Positions 20,414 to 30,044 of a DNA stretch of 64,000 nucleotides are shown here, piece after piece. Each line of letters starts with the position of its first letter. The first letter of the stretch is position 1. Both the position numbers and the translations under genes were made by a program. Below the pieces are notes generated by a model, which saw only the letters and a program-made list of their open reading frames with translations, was not told the origin of the DNA and ran no database searches. Source of the DNA: Escherichia phage Baret; the sequence record OR896834.1. One strand, 5' to 3'.

Positions 20414-22803
20414 TGGCAGTAACTACTAAAATTATTGTGCAACAAATACTGAATATAGATGATACGAAAGCTACTGCTAGTAAATTTCCTAGATACACCG
20501 TAATTCTTGGAAATTCTATTAGTTCTATTACTGCTAGTGAGTTAGTATCTTCTATAGAAGCCGCTGCTAAATCTGCTGCAGCTGCTAAAGATTCTGAAAT
20601 AGCAGCTAAGACTTCAGAGCTTAATGCTAAGAACTCTGAACAGAAAGCTGCTATTTCTGCTGGAGCTTCTGAAGCTTCTGCTACTCAGTCTGCTACCTCT
20701 GCTACTCAGTCTGCCACTTCTGCTACTAAATCCGCAGAATCAGCTGCAGCTGCAAAAACCTCTGAAACCAATGCTAAGTCTAGTGAAACAAAAGCTAAAA
20801 CTAGCGAAACTAATGCAAAAGCTAGTGAAACAAAAGCTAAAACTAGCGAAACTAATGCAAAAGCTAGTGAGGATAAGGCAAAGGCTAGTGAAACTAATGC
20901 TGCTGCTTCGGCTGCAGCGGCAAAACTTAGTGAGGATAATGCAAAGGTCAGTGAGACTAATGCTGCCGCTTCTGCTGCGGATTCCAGTGGTTTTAGGAAT
21001 GAGGCGGAAACATTCTCTACACAAGCTGCGACATCAGCTTCTGCTGCAAAAACCTCCGAAACAAAGGCTAAAACTAGCGAAACTAATGCAAAAGCTAGTG
21101 AGACTAAAGCCAAAGCTAGTGAGACTAACGCAGCTAGTTCCGCAACTTCAGCTAGTCAGTCAGTAACTACTATTCAAGGCTTAAAATCAGATGTTGAGCA
21201 ACTAAAATCAGATACTCAGGCCATTAAAAACAGTGCTGTAACAGAGACAACAGCTATAAAAGCAGATGTTGCACAGTTAAAAACAGACACACAAGGCATT
21301 AAGAATAGCGCGATAACAGAAACTACCACGCTAAAAAACCAAGCTGCAACTTCTGCAACTAATGCTGCTAATTCTGCAGCAGAAGCGGGGAGACAGGCTA
21401 CTGCTGCTGCTAATAGTGCTAATACTGCTAAAACTGAAGCCGATCGTTCAAAAACTGAGGCTGATAGATCAGAAGCTGCTGCTAATTCTACCCCCGACAT
21501 TCAACCTCTTCCAGATGTATGGATACCGTTTAATGACTCTCTGGACATGCTAGCAGGATTTGCACCAGGCTATAAAAAAATAACAGTCGGTGATGAGGAA
21601 ATAACAATACCTAGTGACAAGATTGTTAGCTTTACACGTGCATCAACTGCGACATATATTAATAAATCAGGTGTATTAGCTGTTGCGGAGATTGACGAGC
21701 CGCGATTTGAACTAGATGGGTTGTTAATTGAAGGGCAAAGAACTAACCTGCTAATCAACTCAACCAATCCGACTAAATGGAACAAGTCGTCAAATATGAT
21801 CTTAGATAGATCAGGTGTAGATGATTTCGGATTCCAGTACGCAAAATTCACATTAAAACCAGAAATGGTAGGACAAACTTCAGCTATTAACATAGTAACC
21901 GTTTCCGGCAGTAGAGGTTTTGATGTAACAGGAAATGAAAAGTATGTAACCATATCATGCAGGGCGCAAAGTGGGACTCCAAATTTAAGATGCCGATTAC
22001 GATTTGAAAATTACGATGGATCTGCTTATACATTTTTGGGTGATGCTTACGTAAATCTGACAGATTTATCAATTGAAAAAACTGGCGGCGCTGCAAATCG
22101 TATTACTGCAAGGGCTGTTAAAGATGAAGCAAGCAAATGGATTTTCTTTGAGGCAACAATTAAAGCGCTTGATACAGAAAATATGATAGGTGGAATGGTT
22201 CAGTATGCGCCAGCAAAAGGGGAAGGTACTGGTGCAGATGATTATATTTATATTGCGACACCTCAAGTTGAAGGCGGGGCGTGCGCTTCATCGTTTATTA
22301 TTACAGAAGCGACTCCAGTAACACGGGCAAGCGATATGGTCACATTACCAATAAAAAACAACCTTTACAATTTGCCGTTTACAGTACTTGTGGAAGCTCA
22401 TAAAAACTGGAGTATAACGCCAAATGCAGCGCCACGTGTTTTTGATACCAGCGGTCATCAAACCGGAGCGGCTATTATTCTTGCTTTCGGATCTGCCGAA
22501 GGCGATAATGATGGTTTCCCTTATTGCGATATAGGTAAATCAAACAGAAGGGTTTACGAGAATGCAAAACTAAAAAAGATGATCATGGGAATGAGAGTAA
22601 AGAGTGATTACAATACTTGCTGTGTAAGTAATGCCAGAATATCAAGCGAAACAAAAACGGAATGGAGATACATACAATCAACGGCTACTATAAGGATTGG
22701 AGGACAAACAACTACGGGCGAACGTCATCTTTTCGGGCACGTTAGAAACTTTAGAATCTGGCATAAGGAACTAACTGATAGACAAATGAAGGAGTATGTA
22801 TGA
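20413..22803 (+). CDS. L-shaped tail fibre protein A: N-terminal heptad-repeat shaft, C-terminal globular receptor-binding region
   Basis: 796 aa; residues ~90-250 are 7-residue repeats (SETNAKA/SETKAKT...), then 20-residue repeats, then Cys-containing globular C-terminus. Confidence 0.65.
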   Translation: MAVTTKIIVQQILNIDDTKATASKFPRYTVILGNSISSITASELVSSIEAAAKSAAAAKDSEIAAKTSELNAKNSEQKAAISAGASEASATQSATSATQSATSATKSAESAAAAKTSETNAKSSETKAKTSETNAKASETKAKTSETNAKASEDKAKASETNAAASAAAAKLSEDNAKVSETNAAASAADSSGFRNEAETFSTQAATSASAAKTSETKAKTSETNAKASETKAKASETNAASSATSASQSVTTIQGLKSDVEQLKSDTQAIKNSAVTETTAIKADVAQLKTDTQGIKNSAITETTTLKNQAATSATNAANSAAEAGRQATAAANSANTAKTEADRSKTEADRSEAAANSTPDIQPLPDVWIPFNDSLDMLAGFAPGYKKITVGDEEITIPSDKIVSFTRASTATYINKSGVLAVAEIDEPRFELDGLLIEGQRTNLLINSTNPTKWNKSSNMILDRSGVDDFGFQYAKFTLKPEMVGQTSAINIVTVSGSRGFDVTGNEKYVTISCRAQSGTPNLRCRLRFENYDGSAYTFLGDAYVNLTDLSIEKTGGAANRITARAVKDEASKWIFFEATIKALDTENMIGGMVQYAPAKGEGTGADDYIYIATPQVEGGACASSFIITEATPVTRASDMVTLPIKNNLYNLPFTVLVEAHKNWSITPNAAPRVFDTSGHQTGAAIILAFGSAEGDNDGFPYCDIGKSNRRVYENAKLKKMIMGMRVKSDYNTCCVSNARISSETKTEWRYIQSTATIRIGGQTTTGERHLFGHVRNFRIWHKELTDRQMKEYV
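20680..21165 (+). repeat. in-frame tandem repeat tract within tail-fibre gene, including a perfect 42-bp tandem duplication (20782-20823 = 20824-20865)
   Basis: repeat read directly from sequence; encodes heptad repeats; explains spurious antisense/out-of-frame ORFs at 20624-21166. Confidence 0.85.
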
Positions 22804-23078
22804 GAGATATAATCCTAAAATTCACGGATAAATCAGCATATAAAGATTTTCTCTTAAAAATAGAGTGGGATACTAATGAAAATTTGCAAAACCAAATAAT
22901 GCTTGACGAAATTGGATATACTTATACTGAAATCTCTCCGCTAGGTGATGAGGAACCTAGATGCATCCGTAATGAAGGGTATTATATTAATGTAAGGATT
23001 CTTGATGAATCCTTTACTTACGAATCCTTCGAGCCTTTTATAGTTCAGCTAGAACAGCCTCTTAGAGTATGGGCATAA
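22800..23078 (+). CDS. hypothetical protein between the two tail-fibre genes
   Basis: 92 aa; AAGGAG RBS 5 nt upstream; ATG overlaps upstream stop. Confidence 0.45.
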   Translation: MRDIILKFTDKSAYKDFLLKIEWDTNENLQNQIMLDEIGYTYTEISPLGDEEPRCIRNEGYYINVRILDESFTYESFEPFIVQLEQPLRVWA

Positions 23079-23087
23079 GGTTTTATA

Positions 23088-24839
23088 ATGGTAACTAAAA
23101 CAGTAATTCCTACGGATATTACAAAACTTAAAAATGAGTCACTTAATAAAAATAATAACCTGAGTGACTTAGCAGACCGTGCAGCAGCATGGCTAAATGT
23201 ACGTCCTATTGGATCTACTCCCCTTGCGGGAGACCCCGTTAATGATTATGATGCTGTAACTAAGCGTTGGGTAGAAAATAAGATTAATACTGGCACAGTA
23301 GGACCCACAATGAATGGTGTCATGAACTATGGTGTAGGTGATTTTCACCTTCGCGATAGCCGTGCGTATATTCAACCTTATGAGGTAGTTTCTGATGGGC
23401 AGCTTCTTAACAGGGCTGACTGGCCGGAGCTTTGGGCTTACGCTCAAATGGTGGGGGCTATAGAGGATTCTGAATGGCTGGCTGATAAATTTCAGCGCGG
23501 CAAATACTCTAAAGGGAATGGAACAACAACCTTTCGTGTTCCAGATAAGAATGGTGTACAAGATGGGTCAATACGCGCTCTTTATGGCCGCGGAGATGGT
23601 GGGAATAGCAATGCAAATGGGCAACTGTTCGAATCCGCTGCGCCTAATATCTATGGGCGTATTGCTAGTTATTCTGGCTCGTCATATGCTCAGGTATTCA
23701 GCGATATCAATCAAGGTGCATTTAGAACAAGTAATGATCTATACCCTGCTGCGGCAGGTGATGCAATCCCGATGACGGGTGCAATTTCAATATCTGGGCG
23801 CTACAACACCCTTGAGATTGATGCGTCACGCTCAAGCCCGATCTACGGGGCATCAAATGACGAAATCCTTACACGAAACTTTGTCGGCGTCTGGGTGATT
23901 CGTGCATCTGGTGGATTTGTTGCTGCGAAGACATCATGGAGTGTGATAAACGCTGATGCTGTTAAACCTTCTGCTAGTACTACTGTTTATGGCGGAAGTG
24001 TACTATCTGAATATAAAGTAGGTACTAGCAGTGAAGCTATAAGTACATTACGTGCTAAAGCTACTATTGATGGCAACTACTCTACTGAGCTACTAATAGA
24101 TAATAAATCTACTGGTAAATCGAGTTCCGCCCAGCTTGTAGATACTGGGAATTTTGTAGCGGATCGTTTTGAAGCTAATCTAGTAACTGGTATGGCGTGG
24201 TCTCAGACGGGCTGGGTACAAGGTACTTTTTCTCAGAGCGAAGCGAATATAGGCAGTACATTTAATTTTAATAGTATTTTGAGTGGTTCCCAGTATTCTA
24301 CTGCGGGGTATAAAACATCTGCACATTTTGGATTAATTCATAATGACTTGGGTTCCTTTGCTGATTCTTGCTGGCATGTATCAGGAGATGCGGATAACAA
24401 ATTTGGTGTACGTTTAAAAATTCAACCAAACAATAATAGTATTTATTTCTATTCTTGGTGGCCAGGTGCTTCAGCAACCTATACTTTGCAATTAAATGCT
24501 GTATCTGATTCTCGCTTAAAGCATGATATTAAGGCTATAGACGCAACTAAGTCCATCGAGGTATTAAAAGGATTAGAATTCCAATCCTTTGTATATAATA
24601 ACGATGAAAAATCTCGTGTCCGACGTGGGGTTATTGCTCAGCAAGTAGAGACTATAGAACCACTTTATGTAAAAACTAGAAAATTTTATAATGATGACGG
24701 AATAGAGCAGGAGCAAAAGGAATTAGATACAACTCCAATGCTTCTTGACACTATGCATGTTGTGCAAGATCTTATTAAACGGATTGAAGATCTAGAGAAA
24801 GAGCTTGAGCAATTAAAGGTACAATTAGTATCACAATAA
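23088..24839 (+). CDS. L-shaped tail fibre protein B with tail-collar-type domain and C-terminal intramolecular chaperone (peptidase S74-like) domain
   Basis: 583 aa; N-terminal DAVTKRWVENK and ADWPELWAY motifs; C-terminal NAVSDSRLKHDIKAID...RRGVIAQQVE typical of self-cleaving tail-fibre chaperone domains. Confidence 0.75.
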   Translation: MVTKTVIPTDITKLKNESLNKNNNLSDLADRAAAWLNVRPIGSTPLAGDPVNDYDAVTKRWVENKINTGTVGPTMNGVMNYGVGDFHLRDSRAYIQPYEVVSDGQLLNRADWPELWAYAQMVGAIEDSEWLADKFQRGKYSKGNGTTTFRVPDKNGVQDGSIRALYGRGDGGNSNANGQLFESAAPNIYGRIASYSGSSYAQVFSDINQGAFRTSNDLYPAAAGDAIPMTGAISISGRYNTLEIDASRSSPIYGASNDEILTRNFVGVWVIRASGGFVAAKTSWSVINADAVKPSASTTVYGGSVLSEYKVGTSSEAISTLRAKATIDGNYSTELLIDNKSTGKSSSAQLVDTGNFVADRFEANLVTGMAWSQTGWVQGTFSQSEANIGSTFNFNSILSGSQYSTAGYKTSAHFGLIHNDLGSFADSCWHVSGDADNKFGVRLKIQPNNNSIYFYSWWPGASATYTLQLNAVSDSRLKHDIKAIDATKSIEVLKGLEFQSFVYNNDEKSRVRRGVIAQQVETIEPLYVKTRKFYNDDGIEQEQKELDTTPMLLDTMHVVQDLIKRIEDLEKELEQLKVQLVSQ

Positions 24840-24840
24840 A

Positions 24841-24885
24841 AGAAAACCCCAGTGGACAAAATCCACTGGGGTTTATTATTTATTT
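24841..24885. terminator. bidirectional rho-independent terminator at convergence of late (+) and early (-) transcription
   Basis: 10-bp perfect stem CCCCAGTGGA/TCCACTGGGG, A-run upstream and T-run downstream. Confidence 0.8.
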
Positions 24886-24895
24886 TATATGTAGA

Positions 24896-25342
24896 TTACT
24901 TACTTCCTGAACTTCCAAATCCTCCTTCTCCACGTACAGTCTCTTCTAACTCATCAACGATTTCAAAATTATGAGTTGAGTAATGTGGCAATACCACTAG
25001 CTGACAAAGTCTCTCGAAATTCTCCAGAGTTTGCATTTCAGAACCGTAATTATAGAGGTTCATCTTAATAGTACCACGATAGTCTGAGTCGATCACCCCT
25101 GCGGTGTTTGCAATCATCAAATAGCGCTTACCTAAAGAGCTACGAGGAACCACCAAACCGAACCAACCTCGCGGAATTTCTACCGCGACACCGGTGTCAA
25201 TCATTAGGGATTTGCCTGGCGCAATAGCACGTAAATCTGCGGCAGGGTTTGTACCAAAGAATGCTCGCAGATCCATACCTGCGGCATCTTCGGAACCAAT
25301 CTTAGGCATACAATCTGGATGAGTTAATTTAATTTTAATCAT
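24896..25342 (-). CDS. dut: dUTP diphosphatase
   Basis: AGMDL, PRSSL, GVIDSDYRG and RGEGGFGSSG motifs (dUTPase motifs I-V). Confidence 0.9.
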   Translation of the reverse strand: MIKIKLTHPDCMPKIGSEDAAGMDLRAFFGTNPAADLRAIAPGKSLMIDTGVAVEIPRGWFGLVVPRSSLGKRYLMIANTAGVIDSDYRGTIKMNLYNYGSEMQTLENFERLCQLVVLPHYSTHNFEIVDELEETVRGEGGFGSSGSK

Positions 25343-26214
25343 TGTTCTGCAATCTCCAAAATATCTTTTGTAAACTTATCTAATACATCTTGACCTACAG
25401 CAGCAATAGCGTCCACACAGTAGGTAGGTAAATCCACCAGAATTAGGTTTCGATAAAGCAATTCTTCCGAAGCATTTAAATTCTGTATATATTTCTGTTT
25501 TCCAGGTAGTGGAAGCTGATCAATAATATCCAGAACGTTACCAAATTCACGGATAATATTATATCCGCGTTTTGCCCCAATACCTTCAACACCACGGATA
25601 TTATCCCCTAAATCACCCATAATTGCTTTCAGAGAGATAAACTGCTCTACATCGTCAACATTATGGTGCTCATACATATCACGAAGATGATATTCACGAC
25701 GTGTTGTGAAAGAAAAACGGGAAACTTTATCTGTTAATAAAGTATCCCAGTCACCATCGGTAGAAATTAGCCAAACATGATCATATAGATGCCCAATCAG
25801 CTTAACAATATAAGCTGCCATATCATCTGCTTCTACGCCACGAATAGTGAAGGTTGGGAATGTAGTTTCACATAGTTCGAAAGCATCTTTCAAATACTCG
25901 AAGAACTGCTCATCTAACGCTTTTTCCTCTTCCGTACGCTGAGAGTATTTCTCATCTCGATTCCCTTTATACTCTGGAAGATGCTCTAGGCGGAATGCAG
26001 ACTTTCCTTTATCCCCTAAAACTATTGTAGTTCTAGCAGAATAAGATTTTGCTAGAGACTGAATAGTGGAAACATAACTTGAGGCAAATGGTTTTTTACT
26101 GTTGTTATGTTTGAAGCGAAAGCCTAAGTTAGTTCCATCGACAATCATTAGGTTACGACGGGAAGCCATTTCAGCTTCCTCTTCTTCAATAAATTTTCCC
26201 CAGGATTTACTCAT
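25339..26214 (-). CDS. flap endonuclease / 5'-3' exonuclease (D15-like)
   Basis: 291 aa; MIVDGTNLGFR, GVEADD, LISTDGD acidic clusters typical of FEN/5'-exonuclease fold. Confidence 0.85.
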   Translation of the reverse strand: MSKSWGKFIEEEEAEMASRRNLMIVDGTNLGFRFKHNNSKKPFASSYVSTIQSLAKSYSARTTIVLGDKGKSAFRLEHLPEYKGNRDEKYSQRTEEEKALDEQFFEYLKDAFELCETTFPTFTIRGVEADDMAAYIVKLIGHLYDHVWLISTDGDWDTLLTDKVSRFSFTTRREYHLRDMYEHHNVDDVEQFISLKAIMGDLGDNIRGVEGIGAKRGYNIIREFGNVLDIIDQLPLPGKQKYIQNLNASEELLYRNLILVDLPTYCVDAIAAVGQDVLDKFTKDILEIAEQ

Positions 26215-26696
26215 TATTTAATTAAGTCCTCAACAGATGCATGATGTAGCCACGGCTCAAATAAACCAATTACGATTTCCATGTCTTTTTTATTTAACAC
26301 CATATGGGTACGACTCATTAAGTTGTCAACCATCGGGTCTGAGCTATCCAAAGCTATTAACCACTGTCCTCTGTCTTTTTTGAATATTAATGCAGGCTTG
26401 GAGTTCATCTGCTCACCTTCACGTGAGCACTGCTGCCACCACTTCTCTAGAGTGGATTCACCAACATTAAATAAATTACTTGAGATATTATCATCTTTAT
26501 ACCACTTAACTTCGAAGCAGTATTTACTAATGTGTCCACTTTGTGGTGGAAGGTAGATGTCACCCTTCAGTCCATGGCTCTGGCCAAAAGCACCAGAGCC
26601 AGGAACACGTTCCCACTCAAGACCTGTACGCTCACGTAGAATATCTCTTACCTGATATTCACCACGTTTACCTTTCTCTCTACTATCTACAGCCAT
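26214..26696 (-). CDS. putative PD-(D/E)XK nuclease (possible junction-resolving enzyme)
   Basis: 160 aa; GKRGEYQV...KGDIY...CFEVK arrangement resembles D...E-x-K nuclease core; sits in recombination gene cluster. Confidence 0.4.
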   Translation of the reverse strand: MAVDSREKGKRGEYQVRDILRERTGLEWERVPGSGAFGQSHGLKGDIYLPPQSGHISKYCFEVKWYKDDNISSNLFNVGESTLEKWWQQCSREGEQMNSKPALIFKKDRGQWLIALDSSDPMVDNLMSRTHMVLNKKDMEIVIGLFEPWLHHASVEDLIK

Positions 26697-26699
26697 GTT

Positions 26700-28538
26700 T
26701 TATTCTAAGTAGGAAAATCCTTCTGCATCTTTTTTGACAGTAATCTTATGAGCTAGTGGATGCGTATGCCCATGAGAAACAATGATAGAATTTAGACTCT
26801 CTTCCTCATTTAATAATTCAACGAGAGTATCAAGTCCTTTAGTATCAATAAAGCTAATTACTTCATCAAGGAATAGAAGATTAATATTAACTTTACTAAT
26901 AGATGTTAGCAGCATCCGAATAGCTAACAGGGTTGCTAGATTAATTCGACTTTGCTGACCAGTAGAGCAGTTCTCCATACTGGTACGATTTCCATCATTG
27001 AAGATTACTACTTGCAATTTCGTTTCATCAAGTTCAAATCCAAGTGCGAACTTACCGCCAGTCATAATGGAAAGGTATTTATTAATTAGTTCTTCAAATA
27101 CTTTCACACTATGCTCTAGCTTATATCCTACTAGATTCTTTAACGCAGCAATCAGAATATCGAGATCAGCAACAGCTTCTGATACTCCATCCAGTTTGGA
27201 AGTAATCTCAGACATTTCTGCCTCAGCTTTCTCAATCTGTTCTAGTTTCGCCTTATATTTTGCATTGGCTAATTCAACATTTGCATTATGTTCTTTAGCA
27301 ATTGCAACCTTAGAACGTCCATCAGCGATTTCCTGTTCTAATTGTCGGATTTGCACCTGTAGGATTTGCACATTGAGTTCTTCAAAAGAGGCGTCACTCA
27401 TTGAATTTTTGAACTCGTCTCTAGCTGCCACTGCTTTATCCAAAGCATCCTTTGCTCTAGTATACGCAACGTACTCAAGTTGTTCTTTCTTCAACTGTTC
27501 TAGCTTAGCTTCAAGAGATTGCTTCTCTTTGAACAGAGGGTCATATTCTATTCTAGCCATATCCATTGCTTTTTGAGCAGCAGTTGTATCCAGATGAGTA
27601 CCACAAGTAGGGCATTCAGTATTTGAAGCCTCTTGCTTGAACTTCTGATAACGTTTCTTAACTTCACCCGCACGTGAGGTCACAATCGTTAGGTCACGCG
27701 TAACACTTGAGATTTCTTCGTTTTGGTCAGTGGGCGCAGGCAGATTTTTGAAAGGCTCGAAAGATTGTTCGGCAACTTGTACAGCTTTGTCCAAATTACG
27801 CAATTTAGTAATATTAGCCTCTTGAGACTTGGCTAATGCCGCCTTAATTTTCGATTCAGTAAGTTCTTGTGCTAATGGTTCTTCATCAAACTCTGGTACT
27901 TCTATAGGTTCCTGCAAAGTTCCCAGATTATTCTTTCCATTAAGAATTTTCGTAATTACAGCCATTTGGCCCTGCAAATTATTTAAGGTATTTGCTATTT
28001 CTTTACGGTCAGCCTTAATAGTTTCTGACATTTCTTTGTACTGTTCTTGATTGAACAAGTTAACAAGAAAAGCCTTACGTGTTGCATCTGTTGCTTTTAG
28101 AAAGTCTAGATTAGAACCCACTGATTGATAGATTAGTTTGGTGAATGTTTGGAAGTCACCTCCCATAATCTCTTCAATCATCTTGTATGTTTGAGTTGCC
28201 GTGTGTCCACTAATATCTTCCCCATTCTTAATAAGAGTTACTTTAGCAGTTGACTTAACTACTTTATGTAGTTCGTATTCATCCTCATCTTTTGAGAAGT
28301 AAGCGTGCATATCATACTCTTTTTTCGGAGAAGACCAAGAGAACAGAGCATCTTTCTTAATACCGCGTGAGTTCTTATTATAAAATAGTTCTTCAATAAC
28401 AGTAGCGATGGTGGATTTCCCTAGCCCATTACCACCAATTAGTTGAGTAACTGGATTCTTATCGAAATGAATTACGATGTCCTTACCGTAAGACATAACG
28501 TTACTAAATTTTAGTGTCTTAATTGTAATCTTTGACAT
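26700..28538 (-). CDS. sbcC: SbcC/Rad50-like recombination ATPase
   Basis: Walker A GGNGLGKST, long coiled coil with CPTCG zinc hook, C-terminal LLFLDEVISFID; start at ATG 28538 (MSKITIK), ORF-track start is an upstream extension. Confidence 0.8.
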   Translation of the reverse strand: MSKITIKTLKFSNVMSYGKDIVIHFDKNPVTQLIGGNGLGKSTIATVIEELFYNKNSRGIKKDALFSWSSPKKEYDMHAYFSKDEDEYELHKVVKSTAKVTLIKNGEDISGHTATQTYKMIEEIMGGDFQTFTKLIYQSVGSNLDFLKATDATRKAFLVNLFNQEQYKEMSETIKADRKEIANTLNNLQGQMAVITKILNGKNNLGTLQEPIEVPEFDEEPLAQELTESKIKAALAKSQEANITKLRNLDKAVQVAEQSFEPFKNLPAPTDQNEEISSVTRDLTIVTSRAGEVKKRYQKFKQEASNTECPTCGTHLDTTAAQKAMDMARIEYDPLFKEKQSLEAKLEQLKKEQLEYVAYTRAKDALDKAVAARDEFKNSMSDASFEELNVQILQVQIRQLEQEIADGRSKVAIAKEHNANVELANAKYKAKLEQIEKAEAEMSEITSKLDGVSEAVADLDILIAALKNLVGYKLEHSVKVFEELINKYLSIMTGGKFALGFELDETKLQVVIFNDGNRTSMENCSTGQQSRINLATLLAIRMLLTSISKVNINLLFLDEVISFIDTKGLDTLVELLNEEESLNSIIVSHGHTHPLAHKITVKKDAEGFSYLE

Positions 28539-29496
28539 ATTTCGCAGCTCTAGCCAAGATTCTATCAATGTCGCCTTGAGATAGCTTCTCGACTTCACGG
28601 AAGTAAAGTTCAAGTTCGCCTAATATATCAAGATCAACAAGATTTAACTTAGCGTCTTTAGTAACTCGATGATTAATTTTCTTATCTAATAAATCAGAGT
28701 CTTTGATAGACTTTAATTGAACAACGTCACCAGTAACTTCATAGACTACACGATCATAATCACTAGGTTCCATCTCTTCACCAGCCCCGATTGTTTTACG
28801 AATCAGTTGTGGTAAATCACCGAGTTCAATCCACTCTACTTTTAATGTATCGGTATCAATGATAAAGCAACCATTTGTACCTTTTGTGCGTTCTCTATGG
28901 AACGATGTAGTTAATGGAGACCCTGGGTAGAGAAGTCTAGTAGATCCGATAGTCTGGCTATTAGTATAAGAATGTAAATCACCAGCAATTACAGTATCAT
29001 AACAGTTGTACTTAGTTAGATCAATTTCTGGTTTTACATGCGGAGGGATTTCACCGCGAACATGCGTGAAACATAGTTTTGATTCAGATGGTTTCCACTT
29101 AGATTTATGGATCTCATCATATGGAACAATATCAAATTCAGGAGAACGATATGGTTTGGTAATTACTTCCCACTTCCCACTAGTTACTTTATTAATAACT
29201 CCTGCATAGTGATATAGACATGAAATGGTTTTAGTTAGCATTTCATGATTTCCAGTAAAGATTTTGCCTGGATGGTCAAGTCTTGACATGAACTGTTCAA
29301 GCAGCTCTATTTCTTCTGACGACGGGTCGGAATGGTCAAATAAATCACCACCAATAATATGAAGATCACAGTTATGATTATGGAATACATCATTTAAACG
29401 GCCTCCCAACATTAAGAATCTCTTCTTTTGCCATTCTTTGGGAATTTTGTCCTGCCCAAGTTTTATATGATGATCTGCGCTAAAGAGTATTTTCAT
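28519..29496 (-). CDS. sbcD: SbcD/Mre11-like nuclease
   Basis: N-terminal MKILFSADHH metallophosphoesterase motif, GDLFDH, GNHE; overlaps sbcC start by 20 nt. Confidence 0.8.
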   Translation of the reverse strand: MKILFSADHHIKLGQDKIPKEWQKKRFLMLGGRLNDVFHNHNCDLHIIGGDLFDHSDPSSEEIELLEQFMSRLDHPGKIFTGNHEMLTKTISCLYHYAGVINKVTSGKWEVITKPYRSPEFDIVPYDEIHKSKWKPSESKLCFTHVRGEIPPHVKPEIDLTKYNCYDTVIAGDLHSYTNSQTIGSTRLLYPGSPLTTSFHRERTKGTNGCFIIDTDTLKVEWIELGDLPQLIRKTIGAGEEMEPSDYDRVVYEVTGDVVQLKSIKDSDLLDKKINHRVTKDAKLNLVDLDILGELELYFREVEKLSQGDIDRILARAAKYVKDYN

Positions 29497-30008
29497 CTTT
29501 GTGCATACTTTCGCTTTATCTCTTGAATATCTATTCCTTGTTTCAGTTCACTCAAAACTTGGTCTAAGATGCCCTCGAGATCTTTTCGTTCTTTACTAGC
29601 CATTATATGGTAGTGTTTTTTATTATAGTACAAACGTAGAGTATATGTACTTGATTTGGCATTGTAGCTTATATTTCCAGAATAATTTTCTATATTCTGC
29701 ATGTTAGATCGGTGATCACCATTTTTGAGATTGTCCCACCTATTATCGTGTCGTATGCGATTATCATGGTCAATTTCTTCTGGCATCTCCCCGGTTTGCA
29801 TTAACCAAATAAGTCTGTGCAACCTATATTTAGTTCCAAATACCCTAGCGTCTAAATATCCAGACTGCTTAGAGGGAGTTCCCACAGGTTTTCCTACACA
29901 ATCTTTAGGAAGCCCATTTGACCATACTTTATAGGTTACAATACCTGTACCTGGATCATATGAGAATCTACGATGACATTCATCGTACAACTTAACTAAA
30001 TCATCCAT
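29493..30008 (-). CDS. HNH homing endonuclease (AP2-domain type), paralog of 36672-37205
   Basis: EEIDHDNRIRHDNRWDNL HNH core; inserted between sbcD and SSB-like gene. Confidence 0.75.
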   Translation of the reverse strand: MDDLVKLYDECHRRFSYDPGTGIVTYKVWSNGLPKDCVGKPVGTPSKQSGYLDARVFGTKYRLHRLIWLMQTGEMPEEIDHDNRIRHDNRWDNLKNGDHRSNMQNIENYSGNISYNAKSSTYTLRLYYNKKHYHIMASKERKDLEGILDQVLSELKQGIDIQEIKRKYAQR

Positions 30009-30009
30009 A

Positions 30010-30036
30010 AGTTAAAAAGAAAGGGGCCGAAGCCCC
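30010..30036 (-). terminator. rho-independent terminator (minus strand)
   Basis: AGGGGC-ttcg-GCCCCT hairpin followed on minus strand by TTTCTTTTT. Confidence 0.6.
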
Positions 30037-30044
30037 TCTATTTA

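Noticed and set aside
20624-21166. 180-aa plus-strand ORF (Leu/Lys-rich) and 94-135-aa minus-strand ORFs overlapping the tail-fibre gene
   Set aside because: They lie wholly within the tandem-repeat tract of the tail-fibre CDS; their openness is a by-product of the repetitive, stop-poor sequence, and they are low-complexity with no RBS.
26998-27576. 192-aa plus-strand ORF antisense to sbcC
   Set aside because: Ser/Cys-rich low-complexity translation, typical of the antisense strand of a coiled-coil gene; no RBS.
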